Origin: Microgenomates group bacterium GW2011_GWC1_46_15
GTDB taxonomy: Bacteria; Patescibacteriota; Microgenomatia; UBA1400; UBA12028
Direction of reading: 5' to 3'
DNA: 64,000 bases
NCBI GenBank assembly: GCA_001002285.1
Contig: LCLX01000001.1
Location: 64,030 to 128,029 of the forward strand
The position numbers and the translations under genes are program-made. The notes under the pieces are model-generated. The model was not told where the DNA came from and did not search any database. It worked only from the letters and a program-made list of their open reading frames with translations. Below are positions 9,720-19,760 of the stretch, one piece after another (positions within the stretch are counted from its first letter, which is position 1; each line of letters opens with the position of its first letter).

Positions 9720-10946
9720 ATGTTTGACCCGAATATCATTAAAAAAGACTTCCCCATTCTAAACCGGACTGTGCGGAACGGCAAACCGCTCGTGTATCTC
9801 GATTCTGCCGCGACCAGCCAAAAACCGCAGGCGGTCATTGATTCGATTGTTGAGTACTACACGCAGCACAATGCAAATGTGCACCGCGGAATTCACGCTT
9901 TGGGCGATGAAAGTACACGCATGTTTTATGCCGCCCGCAATACAATTGCAAAGTTTTTTAGTGCAGATACGAATGAGTTGATTTTGATGCGTAATACAAC
10001 CGAAGCGATTAACGCGGTGGTGTACATGTGGGCAGAAGATCATGTTTCTGTAGGTGATGTGATTTTGACAACAGAGATGGAGCACCACAGCAATCTTGTT
10101 CCGTGGCAGGTGTTTGCGAAACGCAAAGGTTGCTCGATTGAGTATGTACGGGTTACGGAGTCCGGTGAGTTGGACATGGCCGATCTCAAAAAGAAACTAC
10201 GCAAAGGTGTAAAACTCGTTGCGATGTCGCACGTTTCAAATACATTGGGCGTGATGAATCCTGTTGCTGAGATTTCTAAACTGGCTCATGTAGTCGGAAC
10301 GCTCGTTCTTGTCGACGGCGCGCAAAGCGCGCCACATCTTCCGATTGATTTCCACAAACTTGGATGTGATTTCTTTGCGTTTTCCGGACACAAAATGGTG
10401 GGACCAATGGGGATTGGTGGCTTACTTGTCCGCGCCGAAGTATTCAAACACATGCATCCGTTTTTGTACGGCGGCGGCATGATTAACGAAGTGAGCTTGG
10501 ACACCACCACGTTTGCCGATGTACCAGACGCATACATCGCCGGAACCCCAGATGTAGCAAGTACGGTTGGGCTCGCGGCGGCGTGCAACTATTTGTCAAA
10601 ACTTGGCATGGAACAGGTGGTAAAACACGATGCTGAGTTGGTGAGCTACGCGCTTAACCAACTCAAAAAAATTTCACAACTTCATATTGTTGGCCCAATG
10701 GATGCAAGAAAGCGGTGTGGAAGTGTTGCGTTTATCTACGACGGCGTACACGCGCACGATGTTGCGCAAATTTTGGATAGCGAAGGAATCGCAGTACGTT
10801 CCGGCCATCACTGTACGATGCCGCTCCATGCAAAATTTAAATGGGGAGCAACAACGCGGGCAAGTTTTAATGTGTACACAACAAAAGAAGATATTGATGT
10901 ATTGATTCGCGGAATTCAAAAAGTAAAAGAAGTATTTGGAAAATAA
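9720..10946 (+). CDS. sufS: Cysteine desulfurase SufS
   Basis: YLDSAATSQKP, ANVHRG, FSGHKM (PLP Lys), RSGHHC; true start MFDPNIIKKDFP at 9720. Confidence 0.97.
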   Translation: MFDPNIIKKDFPILNRTVRNGKPLVYLDSAATSQKPQAVIDSIVEYYTQHNANVHRGIHALGDESTRMFYAARNTIAKFFSADTNELILMRNTTEAINAVVYMWAEDHVSVGDVILTTEMEHHSNLVPWQVFAKRKGCSIEYVRVTESGELDMADLKKKLRKGVKLVAMSHVSNTLGVMNPVAEISKLAHVVGTLVLVDGAQSAPHLPIDFHKLGCDFFAFSGHKMVGPMGIGGLLVRAEVFKHMHPFLYGGGMINEVSLDTTTFADVPDAYIAGTPDVASTVGLAAACNYLSKLGMEQVVKHDAELVSYALNQLKKISQLHIVGPMDARKRCGSVAFIYDGVHAHDVAQILDSEGIAVRSGHHCTMPLHAKFKWGATTRASFNVYTTKEDIDVLIRGIQKVKEVFGK

Positions 10947-10951
10947 CATGT

Positions 10952-11314
10952 ATGTCCGACCTTTACCAAGAAATTATTCTTAACCACGCGGGCAATCCCC
11001 GAAATTTTGGCACGCTTACTCATCCAACCCACACGCTGAAAGAAGCGAATGCAAGTTGTGGTGACATGGTTGAAATGCAGCTGCTTGTTAAAAATGGCAA
11101 GGTCCAAGACGTCAAATGGCGCGGTGTGGGATGCGCAATCAGCACGGCAAGCTGCAGTATGGTTTCTGAGCTTATTAAAGGAAAACCGATTGCGTTTGCA
11201 AAAAAACTCACAGAAAAATTGTTGCTTAAAGAGATGGGGATGAATGCCATTCTTCCAACACGCGAGAAGTGTCTTTTACTTCCTCTGCGGGCGCTTCAGC
11301 ATCTCTCACAGTAA
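10952..11314 (+). CDS. sufU: SufU/IscU-like Fe-S assembly protein
   Basis: LYQEIILNH, NASCGD, GCAISTAS, REKC. Confidence 0.93.
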   Translation: MSDLYQEIILNHAGNPRNFGTLTHPTHTLKEANASCGDMVEMQLLVKNGKVQDVKWRGVGCAISTASCSMVSELIKGKPIAFAKKLTEKLLLKEMGMNAILPTREKCLLLPLRALQHLSQ

Positions 11315-11338
11315 GCACCTGAGGTACAATACGCCTGT

Positions 11339-12409
11339 ATGAAGATTGTTCATCTCAGCACAACACCAGCGCGTGAAGTCATTACGGCCGCTATTTCCAC
11401 ACTGAAAAGCGGTGGGCTTGTTGTGTATCCCACGGAAACGACGTACGGCATTGGTGCAGATGCAACAAATCAAAAAGCAGTAGACAAGCTTTTGCAGTAT
11501 AAAAAACGGCGGGAAGGCAAGCCACTTTCCATCGCGGTTTTCGATCAATCAATGGCAGAAATATATGTTGAGTTAAATGCAGCAGCAAAAAAAGTATATA
11601 CAACATTTTTACCGGGCCCCATAACAGTTGTTTCAAAAAGCAAAGGAAATGTTGCAAAAGGAGTAACTTCGGAAACTGGAGCATTGGGAATCCGCATACC
11701 AAATTACCCACTCATACTTCAATTGATAAAAGCATATGGAAAACCGATTACAGCAACGGGTGCAAATGCGTCGTATAAAAAACGACCGTATACGATTCAA
11801 GATATTTTTAGCAACATTTCAGAAAAACAAAAATCGCTGATTGATGTAGTACTGGACGCGGGCGAGCTTCCGCACAACGAACCGTCTACAGTGATCGATA
11901 CAACGTTAGATGATATCGAAGTCTTGCGGCAAGGCAGTATTACGTTTTCGGAAACATCACAGATAAAAACGCACAGTACGGAAGAAACAGTTCGCCTCGG
12001 GAAAAAAATAGTGCAGAAATACAAAAACCTGTTAAGTTATAAAGCGCTTGTTTTTTGTTTAGTTGGTGAGTTGGGAGCGGGCAAAACACAGTTTAGTAAA
12101 GGAATTGCTGAGGGACTAGGAATTAAAAAAACGATTGTTTCCCCGACATTTACACTTTCACGCAACTATCCGTTTGAGGGTGAGGGGAAAAAGTTAGAGT
12201 TCGTACATATTGATACGTGGCGCCTTTTTTCCAGCAAAGAATTTTTAGATTTAGGGTTTGCACAGATGATTGATTCATGCGATGTGATTGCGGTTGAGTG
12301 GGCGGATAAAGTGCATGATGTGTTGAATCAATACAGCGATGAAGCCAAACTTATTTGGGTGAAGTTTGAGTATGGTAAGGATGAAAACGAAAGAACAATC
12401 ACGATATGA
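11339..12409 (+). CDS. TsaC(YrdC/Sua5)-TsaE(YjeE) fusion, t6A biosynthesis
   Basis: N-half YPTETTYGIG, PGPIT, GIRIP, PSTVID; C-half GELGAGKT, SPTF, HIDTWR, AVEWAD. Confidence 0.92.
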   Translation: MKIVHLSTTPAREVITAAISTLKSGGLVVYPTETTYGIGADATNQKAVDKLLQYKKRREGKPLSIAVFDQSMAEIYVELNAAAKKVYTTFLPGPITVVSKSKGNVAKGVTSETGALGIRIPNYPLILQLIKAYGKPITATGANASYKKRPYTIQDIFSNISEKQKSLIDVVLDAGELPHNEPSTVIDTTLDDIEVLRQGSITFSETSQIKTHSTEETVRLGKKIVQKYKNLLSYKALVFCLVGELGAGKTQFSKGIAEGLGIKKTIVSPTFTLSRNYPFEGEGKKLEFVHIDTWRLFSSKEFLDLGFAQMIDSCDVIAVEWADKVHDVLNQYSDEAKLIWVKFEYGKDENERTITI

Positions 12410-13437
12410 ACATTTTAGCGATTGATACTTCATGTGATGAAACATCGGTCGCGGTTGTGCAAGATGACCGTATTGTTGCGAATATTATTTCTTCGCAGGT
12501 TGAGTTACACACACCATTTGGCGGCGTTGTTCCGATAGTTGCGAAACGCGCGCACGAGGAACGCATTAATCTTGTTGTTGAAAAAGCGCTCAAACAAGCG
12601 CGGGTGAAACTCAACAACATTGATGTGTTTGCCGTTACATATGGCCCCGGCCTAGCCATTTCGCTGGAAGTCGGGGTGCGCAAAGCAAAAGAATTTGCGC
12701 GTGAGTATCACAAACCATTAGTTGCGGTAAACCATATGGAGGGGCACATCTATGCGATGTTTGCCGGTGGTAAAAAAGTAATCCCATATCTTCCGTTGTT
12801 AGCACTGCTTGTTTCCGGTGGGCACACTGAGTTAGTGCTGATGAAAAATCACGGCGTATATAAATTAGTAGGACAGACGGTTGATGATGCGGCTGGCGAA
12901 GCATTCGACAAAGTTGCCCGCATGTTAGGACTTGGATATCCTGGTGGGGCTTTGCTTGCCAAACTTGCGGAAGAGGGAAATCCGCGCGCGTATCCGTTTA
13001 CCATTCCTATGACGCGAACGGGCGATTTGAACTTTAGTTTTTCCGGCATCAAAACGGCAGTCATGCGGTTGATGAAAGAACTCACTCACGATGGTGCCCG
13101 TACGTTAACGAAAAAAGAAACTATGGATATTGCCGCGTCGTTTCAGCATATTGCGATTGAGCATTTAGTGAGAAAGACGGTAAGGGCAGTTGAACGTACG
13201 CATGTTCAAACGGTGATCATTGGCGGCGGTGTTTCTGCAAATCTATTATTGCGGAAAACATTGCGGGCGCGATTAAAACCATTGGGTGTTTCTGTCCTGT
13301 ATCCCACAGATAAAAAGTTGTGTATGGATAACGCGGCCATGATTGGAATTGTTGCGTACTACAAAGCTCAGCGCGGAGAGTTTGTACAAGATATTGAAAA
13401 ACTTGATAGAAATCCAGTTGCGGAAATTACGGATTAA
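12406..13437 (+). CDS. tsaD: tRNA N6-threonylcarbamoyltransferase TsaD
   Basis: AIDTSCDET, GGVVP, GPGL, NHMEGH, VSGGHT, DDAAGEAFDK, DNAAMIG. Confidence 0.97.
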   Translation: MNILAIDTSCDETSVAVVQDDRIVANIISSQVELHTPFGGVVPIVAKRAHEERINLVVEKALKQARVKLNNIDVFAVTYGPGLAISLEVGVRKAKEFAREYHKPLVAVNHMEGHIYAMFAGGKKVIPYLPLLALLVSGGHTELVLMKNHGVYKLVGQTVDDAAGEAFDKVARMLGLGYPGGALLAKLAEEGNPRAYPFTIPMTRTGDLNFSFSGIKTAVMRLMKELTHDGARTLTKKETMDIAASFQHIAIEHLVRKTVRAVERTHVQTVIIGGGVSANLLLRKTLRARLKPLGVSVLYPTDKKLCMDNAAMIGIVAYYKAQRGEFVQDIEKLDRNPVAEITD

Positions 13438-13709
13438 CGGCCAGAGTTTGCACGTCCATCCATGCGGTGAAATCCAGGGGGTGGGTCCCAATGTCTATCT
13501 CCACCAACACTTTCGGGGTGAAGGTTTTGCTTCAGTAGAGCACGATATTCTGCCTGAATATTATTAGGTAACCTTCTAAACATTTCAGCTAAAACTGCCG
13601 GAGCGACAGTTTCATCAGAAAAATATACACCAACAACTTCACCACTGTTTATTTTTGATCGAATAAATGTCATAAGATGCAAACGACCTTCATCATTCAT
13701 ATTTTCCAC
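13434..13709 (-). CDS. Small hypothetical protein
   Basis: Fills the intergenic gap; -10-like box upstream of ATG 13700; no motif recognised. Confidence 0.45.
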   Translation of the reverse strand: MENMNDEGRLHLMTFIRSKINSGEVVGVYFSDETVAPAVLAEMFRRLPNNIQAEYRALLKQNLHPESVGGDRHWDPPPGFHRMDGRANSGR

Positions 13710-13764
13710 ACTATCACATCTTTTAACCTACAATCCAGCCCCGTATATCAGATATAATACAAGT

Positions 13765-14304
13765 ATGAATATTGTTGTCGGCAGTACAAATCCGGTAAAA
13801 ATTGAGGCGGTTCGGCAAGCCTTTTCGCATCTGGGCATAGAAATTCACATTGAAGGGATTGATGTTGAAAGCGGTGTTTCCGCGCAACCACGGTCGGATA
13901 CAGAAACAAAGCGCGGGGCGGCTCAGCGCGCACGCAAAGCGTTGAAACGTACCCCGACTGCAGATGTTGGCATTGGACTCGAGGGTGGCGTGCACAAAAC
14001 ACGCAGTGGATTATTGAACACGGTATGGGTGTGCCTGATTGATAAAAAACATCATCGTGAGTTCGTTGCGAATGGCGAGCGGTTTTACTTGCCTCCCGCC
14101 GTTGCGCGCCACATTTTAAATGGTAAAGAAATGGGGCCAGCACTTGATGAAATTACCGGTGAGGCGAACATCAAAAAAGGCCGGGGCATGATTGGTGTCA
14201 TCACCAAGGGTCTGCTCACACGCACGGAAATTTACGCGCATTTAGTAAAAATAGTTGTTGGATTATGGCATGGGCAGGGCTGGGAAGAGGCATACTCGAA
14301 GTAA
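13765..14304 (+). CDS. yjjX: Inosine/xanthosine triphosphatase YjjX family
   Basis: VGSTNPVK, SGVSAQP, GIGLEGG, GMIGVIT. Confidence 0.92.
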   Translation: MNIVVGSTNPVKIEAVRQAFSHLGIEIHIEGIDVESGVSAQPRSDTETKRGAAQRARKALKRTPTADVGIGLEGGVHKTRSGLLNTVWVCLIDKKHHREFVANGERFYLPPAVARHILNGKEMGPALDEITGEANIKKGRGMIGVITKGLLTRTEIYAHLVKIVVGLWHGQGWEEAYSK

Positions 14305-14325
14305 AACTGGTAGAATACACACCAT

Positions 14326-15306
14326 ATGGTAAAACATCGTGTTTTATCCGGCATTCGTGCAACAGGCCGCCTTCACCTCGGCAACTATTTTGGTGCGGTA
14401 AAAGGAATGTTGGCTTTGCAGAATGATCCTGACTACGAAACATTGTATATGGTTGCGGATGTGCACACGCTCACCACGCCATATACCATTGAAGAACTCC
14501 GCAAGAACCGCCGCGAAGTAATTCTTGATTACTTGGCGGCCGGGCTTGATCCCAAAAAAAGCATTTTATTCCAGCAAGCGGAAGTCAATGAACACATCGA
14601 GTTGGCATTTTATTTCTCCAGCGTCGTAACGATTGCAAAAATGCAGCACTTGCCAACATTTAAAGATAAAGTCAAACAGTACCCCGAACATGCCACAATG
14701 GCGCTCTTAAACTATCCAATTTTGATGGCGGCAGATATTTTGGTCTACAAAGCTTCGCTTGTACCGGTGGGCATTGACCAGGAACCACACTTAGAAGTTG
14801 CGCGCGAAATTGCTCGCCGCATGAATCAGGACTATGGTACCGATTTCCCTGAACCCAAGCGTTTTGCCACAAAAGGCGAGTACATTCCATCGCTTACTGG
14901 CGAAGGAAAAATGAGTAAGTCGGTTGAGGGAAGCTACATTAATTTGACCGATGATCTTGAAACAATCCGCAAAAAAATCCGTTCGGTGCCGACTGCGACA
15001 ACGGCGGGTGGAGAAATGCCTGTCGGGGTGAAAACACTATTTGCGTTTTTAAATCTTGTTGATCCAGGCTTGGTAGAAAAGTTTCAAAAAACATACGATG
15101 CAGGAACACTCAAGTTTGTTGAGCTGAAAGACCACGTTGCCGAGGCTATTTCCAAAGAACTTCAACCGTTTCAGCAAAAACGGAAAGAACTAGAAGAAGA
15201 TACGGCATATGTTGACCGCGTGATTGCGGAAGGTGCAGAAAAAGCCCGCGCCATAGCACAAAAAACAGTGAAAGAAGTGCGGGAAAAGATGGGACTATTA
15301 TCTTGA
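14326..15306 (+). CDS. trpS: Tryptophan--tRNA ligase
   Basis: HLGN, YPILMAADIL, VPVGIDQEPH, KMSKS. Confidence 0.97.
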   Translation: MVKHRVLSGIRATGRLHLGNYFGAVKGMLALQNDPDYETLYMVADVHTLTTPYTIEELRKNRREVILDYLAAGLDPKKSILFQQAEVNEHIELAFYFSSVVTIAKMQHLPTFKDKVKQYPEHATMALLNYPILMAADILVYKASLVPVGIDQEPHLEVAREIARRMNQDYGTDFPEPKRFATKGEYIPSLTGEGKMSKSVEGSYINLTDDLETIRKKIRSVPTATTAGGEMPVGVKTLFAFLNLVDPGLVEKFQKTYDAGTLKFVELKDHVAEAISKELQPFQQKRKELEEDTAYVDRVIAEGAEKARAIAQKTVKEVREKMGLLS

Positions 15307-15641
15307 GCGTAAAAGAGGAAAACGTGCCAGAAACAGATGAGCAATTTGCCGCAAGCATTAAAGAATCGGTTGGAGAATCCCGTCAAACTGTTGTTGGTAT
15401 GGCAATTAATGCGAGGAATGCCAGGGACATAGCGGTAATGTATATGAAAGAAGGAAATGCCGAAAAGGAAAAAGAGTGGAAAGAAGAGAAAGAAAAGTTA
15501 GAACGATGGCTAAAAATTCATATTCGTAAATATGGGGGGGTACAAGCCATTGATGATTGGTTGAAGGAACACGATCCAGGACACGCCCTTTTAATGACGA
15601 TTCCCAATATGGATTGGTCATTTCTTGAAAAAGCCTCCTAG
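15303..15641 (+). CDS. Hypothetical helical protein
   Basis: TTG start overlapping the trpS stop; fills the gap; no motif. Confidence 0.55.
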   Translation: MSVKEENVPETDEQFAASIKESVGESRQTVVGMAINARNARDIAVMYMKEGNAEKEKEWKEEKEKLERWLKIHIRKYGGVQAIDDWLKEHDPGHALLMTIPNMDWSFLEKAS

Positions 15642-15644
15642 AAG

Positions 15645-16076
15645 TTACCCAAGAAATTCAAATTCACGCACAAACATTTTCTTTAACCCCTTATCAAATG
15701 TTGCGATGCGTGTTGTTTTAAAATGCCGTGCGTACGCGATAATGCTGCAATCTTCCATGGATAACCAAGACGAAGTTTGTTTTGAGAAAATATCGAGTGT
15801 TTGAGAAAAAAGCGGATGTGTACAAAAAACAAGCGCAGTGTTTTTTGTTTGTTTATCAACAAAATGCCGCAGTAAACGACCAATGAGTTGTATTTGTTTC
15901 GTTTTTGTGAGTAAAACTGTTCCAACTTCTGCCAAAATTAAGTCGGATAATACTTTTTGCTGTGCCTCAATTTTTTTGACAAGTAACACCGCGCGCTCAT
16001 GGAGCGAATCATGTTCATTAAAGTATGCGATTAAAACATTTGAATCGAGAATAATTGGTTTATTTTTCATCTTCAT
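15645..16076 (-). CDS. PIN-domain (VapC-like) toxin
   Basis: ILDSNVLIA, H..A, ILAE, LSMEDCSI, IATFD acidic quartet. Confidence 0.88.
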   Translation of the reverse strand: MKMKNKPIILDSNVLIAYFNEHDSLHERAVLLVKKIEAQQKVLSDLILAEVGTVLLTKTKQIQLIGRLLRHFVDKQTKNTALVFCTHPLFSQTLDIFSKQTSSWLSMEDCSIIAYARHFKTTRIATFDKGLKKMFVREFEFLG

Positions 16077-16356
16077 GAAGTTTTCCTCCATAAAGAATTT
16101 CATCAACACTTTTATCTTCAAAGTATGTTTTCCCACGCCAAGCATACAGTGTTGCAAGATCAGCAAATGTCATTTTCTTTCCCATTCTTTTTATCCGCAT
16201 CTTTTTTAATTCCTTGGCAACGATAGGTTCCAGCTTACCCCGTACAAAAGCAGAAACAGGAACTCCTTCATGTTGCGCAACGTACCGCAAATCACTGTAA
16301 AACGCGTCGGACACTTTTAATGGAAAGATTTTTTTCTTTGTTTTTCTATAGTTCAT
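16060..16356 (-). CDS. Putative VapB-like antitoxin (RHH-like)
   Basis: Upstream of and overlapping the PIN gene; beta-helix-helix N-terminus; C-terminal VDEILYG. Confidence 0.7.
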   Translation of the reverse strand: MNYRKTKKKIFPLKVSDAFYSDLRYVAQHEGVPVSAFVRGKLEPIVAKELKKMRIKRMGKKMTFADLATLYAWRGKTYFEDKSVDEILYGGKLHEDEK

Positions 16357-16464
16357 GGTATATACACTTTATCAGAATCGTATATACATATCAATCGTCA
16401 GATATCTGCGGTTTATCGGATTTTCGTGTTGTTTCACCTGTTTTTGGATGATACAATCTCAGCC

Positions 16465-16839
16465 ATGTCGCCAGAGCCAACACAATCAGCAGTGCAGTCA
16501 GCAACAAAGTCTTCAATTGCGTATGCGGATTTTGATAAACTCGACATCCGTGTAGGCACAGTGATTGAGGCGAGCGCGCCGGAATGGTCCGCCAAATTAA
16601 TCCGGTATGTCGTTGATTTTGGTGAAACCATTGGAAAACGCGTCCTTTTCTCCGGTATCCGTAAGTGGTATGCTCCGGAAGACTTAATCGGCAAACAGTA
16701 TTGTTTTGTGGTCAATCTCGAGCCCAAGAAAATGGGTGAAGAGGAAAGCCAAGGTATGATGATCATGGCCGACACAGAGAAGGGGCCGATTTTAACTCCG
16801 TTCTCCCAACCGGTGCCCAACGGGACAGGTGTGAGATAA
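16465..16839 (+). CDS. tRNA-binding OB-fold protein (Trbp111/CsaA/MetRS C-terminal like)
   Basis: DFDKLDIRVG, SGIRKWY, VVNLEPKKM, SQGM. Confidence 0.9.
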   Translation: MSPEPTQSAVQSATKSSIAYADFDKLDIRVGTVIEASAPEWSAKLIRYVVDFGETIGKRVLFSGIRKWYAPEDLIGKQYCFVVNLEPKKMGEEESQGMMIMADTEKGPILTPFSQPVPNGTGVR

Positions 16840-16872
16840 TACGCTTGAGAAAGAACGGGAAAGAACATTTTT

Positions 16873-18840
16873 ATGGAAAAACAGACGAAAAAGCACATGA
16901 AGCATGACGTAAAGACTCCAGCACCTGCGCAGGAAAAATCTTCGCAACCCCAATCTACTCCGCAAGCTCAACAGACTCCGCGCAATGGCAGGCAAATCAA
17001 ACGTATCGAAATTCAAGTCGGCATGGATCCGCGCAAAATGTTAACGTGGGCGCTCATTGGATTACTTTTTATCCCATACATTATTGCTTTACTCAATGGC
17101 AGTGGCAATGAAAAAATTGCGCTTTCTCAACTTGTGAATGATGTGCGGGATCAAAAAGTGCAAAAGATTAAGATCATGGGGCAAAATATTGAAGTGCAGT
17201 ACAAGGATGGAAGCAAGAAAATCTCGCGCAAAGAAGATAGTCAAAATCTTGTTGAGGTTATGAAGGCTTCGGATATTGATCCGGCGCAGGTTGAAACGGA
17301 AATCATCACGCCGTCAGCACTCTCGCAGTTGTTCACATTTTTTGTGAGTTATATGCTTCCCGCGCTTGTTGTTGGCATACTGATTTTGATTGTGATGCGT
17401 CGGCAGATGGGTGGTGACTCCGGTATTTTTGCGATTGGTAAATCGAAAGCGAAACTATTTAACAAAGGCAAACAGAATGTAAAGTTTTCCGATGTTGGAG
17501 GTTTAACAGAAGCCAAGCGCGAACTCGAAGAAATTGTAGACTTTTTGAAGAATCCAAAAAAATACCGCGATGTGGGTGCGCGCGTTCCAAAAGGAGCGCT
17601 TTTAGTTGGCCCAAGCGGAACGGGCAAAACGATGCTTGCTCGAGCCGTAGCCGGAGAAGCCAACGTCCCGTTTTTGTCCATGGCTGGCTCAGAGTTCATG
17701 GAGATGTTGGTCGGCGTTGGTGCTTCCCGCGCCCGTGATTTATTTGAAACGGCAAAGCGCGTCGCCCCCTCTATTATTTTCATTGATGAAATTGATGCAA
17801 TCGGCCGTATGCGCGGATTTGGTTCGATGGGCGGACACGATGAGCGCGAGCAAACGCTCAACCAGATTTTAGTTGAGATGGACGGATTTACACCAAACGA
17901 TACAGTAATTGTACTGGCAGCAACAAACCGTGGCGACTTGCTCGACCCTGCGTTAGTCCGGCCGGGACGCTTTGACCGGCGTGTCACCCTCGACCTTCCG
18001 GATCTTGAAGAACGCAAGTTTATTCTTCGCATCCACGCAAAAAACAAACCATTTATCAAGGATTTGATTTGGGAAAAAATTGCTAAGCGCACTGTTGGTT
18101 TCTCCGGCGCCGATCTTGAAAACATGCTCAACGAGGCGGCCATTCTTATCGCGCGTGAAGGACGGACAAGTATTACGGCAAAAGATATTGAAGAGGCGGC
18201 ACTCAAAGTTAAACTTGGCCCGGAAAAGAAAAGGCTCCAGTCGGATTACGAAAGAAAAATGACCGCGTATCACGAGGGTGGGCACGCTATTTTGGCCCAC
18301 TACTTGCCAAACACCGATCCTGTGCACCGCATTTCTATTGTGTCGCGTGGCCGTGCGCTTGGATTTACGATGACGCCGCCGGAAACCGATAAGTATCAGC
18401 AAACACAGTCTGAGTTAGAAGATGAGATTGTTGTACTGTTGGGCGGTCGTACTGCGGAAAAATTAATCTTCAACGAGCTCACTGGCGGAGCAAGTAGCGA
18501 TATTGACCATGCAACGCGCATTGCCCGTGCAATGGTGATCGACTATGGGATGTCCAATCTTGGCCCAGTGAATCTTGGCCCGCAGTATGATGTTTCGGAC
18601 TATGGTCGCTCAATGTATGAACCACCAAAGTTGAGTGACGACATGCAGGCAAAAGTTGACAAGGAAATCAGTCAAATTATTACTATTGCAATGAAAAAGG
18701 CAGAAGTGCTTTTGGCAAAATATAGGAAAGAACTTGATAAAGTTGCAGCAAAGTTGCTCGAAGTTGAAACGCTTGAAGGCGAAGAATTTGAAGCCCTGCT
18801 TGACTCGAAGAAAACAAAACCAAAACACACGGGTATGTGA
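16873..18840 (+). CDS. ftsH: ATP-dependent zinc metalloprotease FtsH
   Basis: Two TM helices, [40 protein letters not shown]. Confidence 0.98.
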   Translation: MEKQTKKHMKHDVKTPAPAQEKSSQPQSTPQAQQTPRNGRQIKRIEIQVGMDPRKMLTWALIGLLFIPYIIALLNGSGNEKIALSQLVNDVRDQKVQKIKIMGQNIEVQYKDGSKKISRKEDSQNLVEVMKASDIDPAQVETEIITPSALSQLFTFFVSYMLPALVVGILILIVMRRQMGGDSGIFAIGKSKAKLFNKGKQNVKFSDVGGLTEAKRELEEIVDFLKNPKKYRDVGARVPKGALLVGPSGTGKTMLARAVAGEANVPFLSMAGSEFMEMLVGVGASRARDLFETAKRVAPSIIFIDEIDAIGRMRGFGSMGGHDEREQTLNQILVEMDGFTPNDTVIVLAATNRGDLLDPALVRPGRFDRRVTLDLPDLEERKFILRIHAKNKPFIKDLIWEKIAKRTVGFSGADLENMLNEAAILIAREGRTSITAKDIEEAALKVKLGPEKKRLQSDYERKMTAYHEGGHAILAHYLPNTDPVHRISIVSRGRALGFTMTPPETDKYQQTQSELEDEIVVLLGGRTAEKLIFNELTGGASSDIDHATRIARAMVIDYGMSNLGPVNLGPQYDVSDYGRSMYEPPKLSDDMQAKVDKEISQIITIAMKKAEVLLAKYRKELDKVAAKLLEVETLEGEEFEALLDSKKTKPKHTGM

Positions 18841-18852
18841 TATGCTTGAACA

Positions 18853-19287
18853 ATGAGTGGACAATCCCATCGTTTAACACGGCGTCTTTTTCATCACCGC
18901 AAGTTCCGTACGGTATTTGTTCTCATTTTAATATTCACAGTTGTATTGGGTTTTACCATCGTTCCCATTGAAGCAACAAGTCCACTGGCAAGAATACACA
19001 CATCTGAAGAGGGGTTATGGTGGGCAGTTACCACAGTGACCGGTGTTGGATATGGCGACTTTGTTCCGATCACAACATTGGGGCGAGTGGTTGGCGCACT
19101 TCTGCAAATCTCCGGCGTTCTCATGTTTGGTCTTATTATCGGTATTATTGGTGTGACACTCACAAAACGGCAGGAAGAGTACTCATGGTTCCGTTTGTTC
19201 GACCGATTAGATCAGTTGGAAGAAAAACTGAACGCGTTAGAAAAAAAGAGCAAGTTTTTAATTCACAATGGGGAAGAAAAAGGGTAG
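18853..19287 (+). CDS. 2-TM potassium channel (KcsA-like) with variant filter
   Basis: TM-pore-TM; WWAVTTVTGVGYGDFVP; C-terminal coiled coil. Confidence 0.88.
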   Translation: MSGQSHRLTRRLFHHRKFRTVFVLILIFTVVLGFTIVPIEATSPLARIHTSEEGLWWAVTTVTGVGYGDFVPITTLGRVVGALLQISGVLMFGLIIGIIGVTLTKRQEEYSWFRLFDRLDQLEEKLNALEKKSKFLIHNGEEKG

Positions 19288-19303
19288 GGTAGTCATATGT
19301 GTA

Positions 19304-19723
19304 TTATTTCAACACAATGAGATATGTGCCAAGAAGAAGGAAAAAGATGCCGAGTACTCCGAACTGTGAGATTTTTTCCTTAAACAACAGTACGCCAAGC
19401 ACAATTGCAAAAATAAAACTTAATTTATCAATAGGTACGACTTTGTGAACATCTCCAATCTGAAGCGCGCGGAAATAGAACAGCCACGAAAGACCTGTTG
19501 CAATACCGGACAATCCTAAAAACACCCACGTGAGTGTTGAGAATTTCCCAGCGTCTTTCAGATTTCCCTGAACGAGAACGATCAATAACGCAAACGGGAG
19601 GATAAAAAGGATGCGGATGAATGTTGCGAGATTGCTATCCACGCCCTTCATGCCGATTTTCGCAAAAATTGAGGTAAGCGCTGCAAACACCGCGGAGGCA
19701 AGAGCAAAAAGAAACCAATTCAT
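19304..19723 (-). CDS. EamA/DMT family transporter (single domain)
   Basis: FAALTSIFAKIG, SWLFYFRALQ, VVPIDKLS; start MNWFLF at 19723. Confidence 0.9.
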   Translation of the reverse strand: MNWFLFALASAVFAALTSIFAKIGMKGVDSNLATFIRILFILPFALLIVLVQGNLKDAGKFSTLTWVFLGLSGIATGLSWLFYFRALQIGDVHKVVPIDKLSFIFAIVLGVLLFKEKISQFGVLGIFFLLLGTYLIVLK

Positions 19724-19760
19724 ATTTCTAGTGTAGTCCTGGTGTAAAATAAGGGCAACT

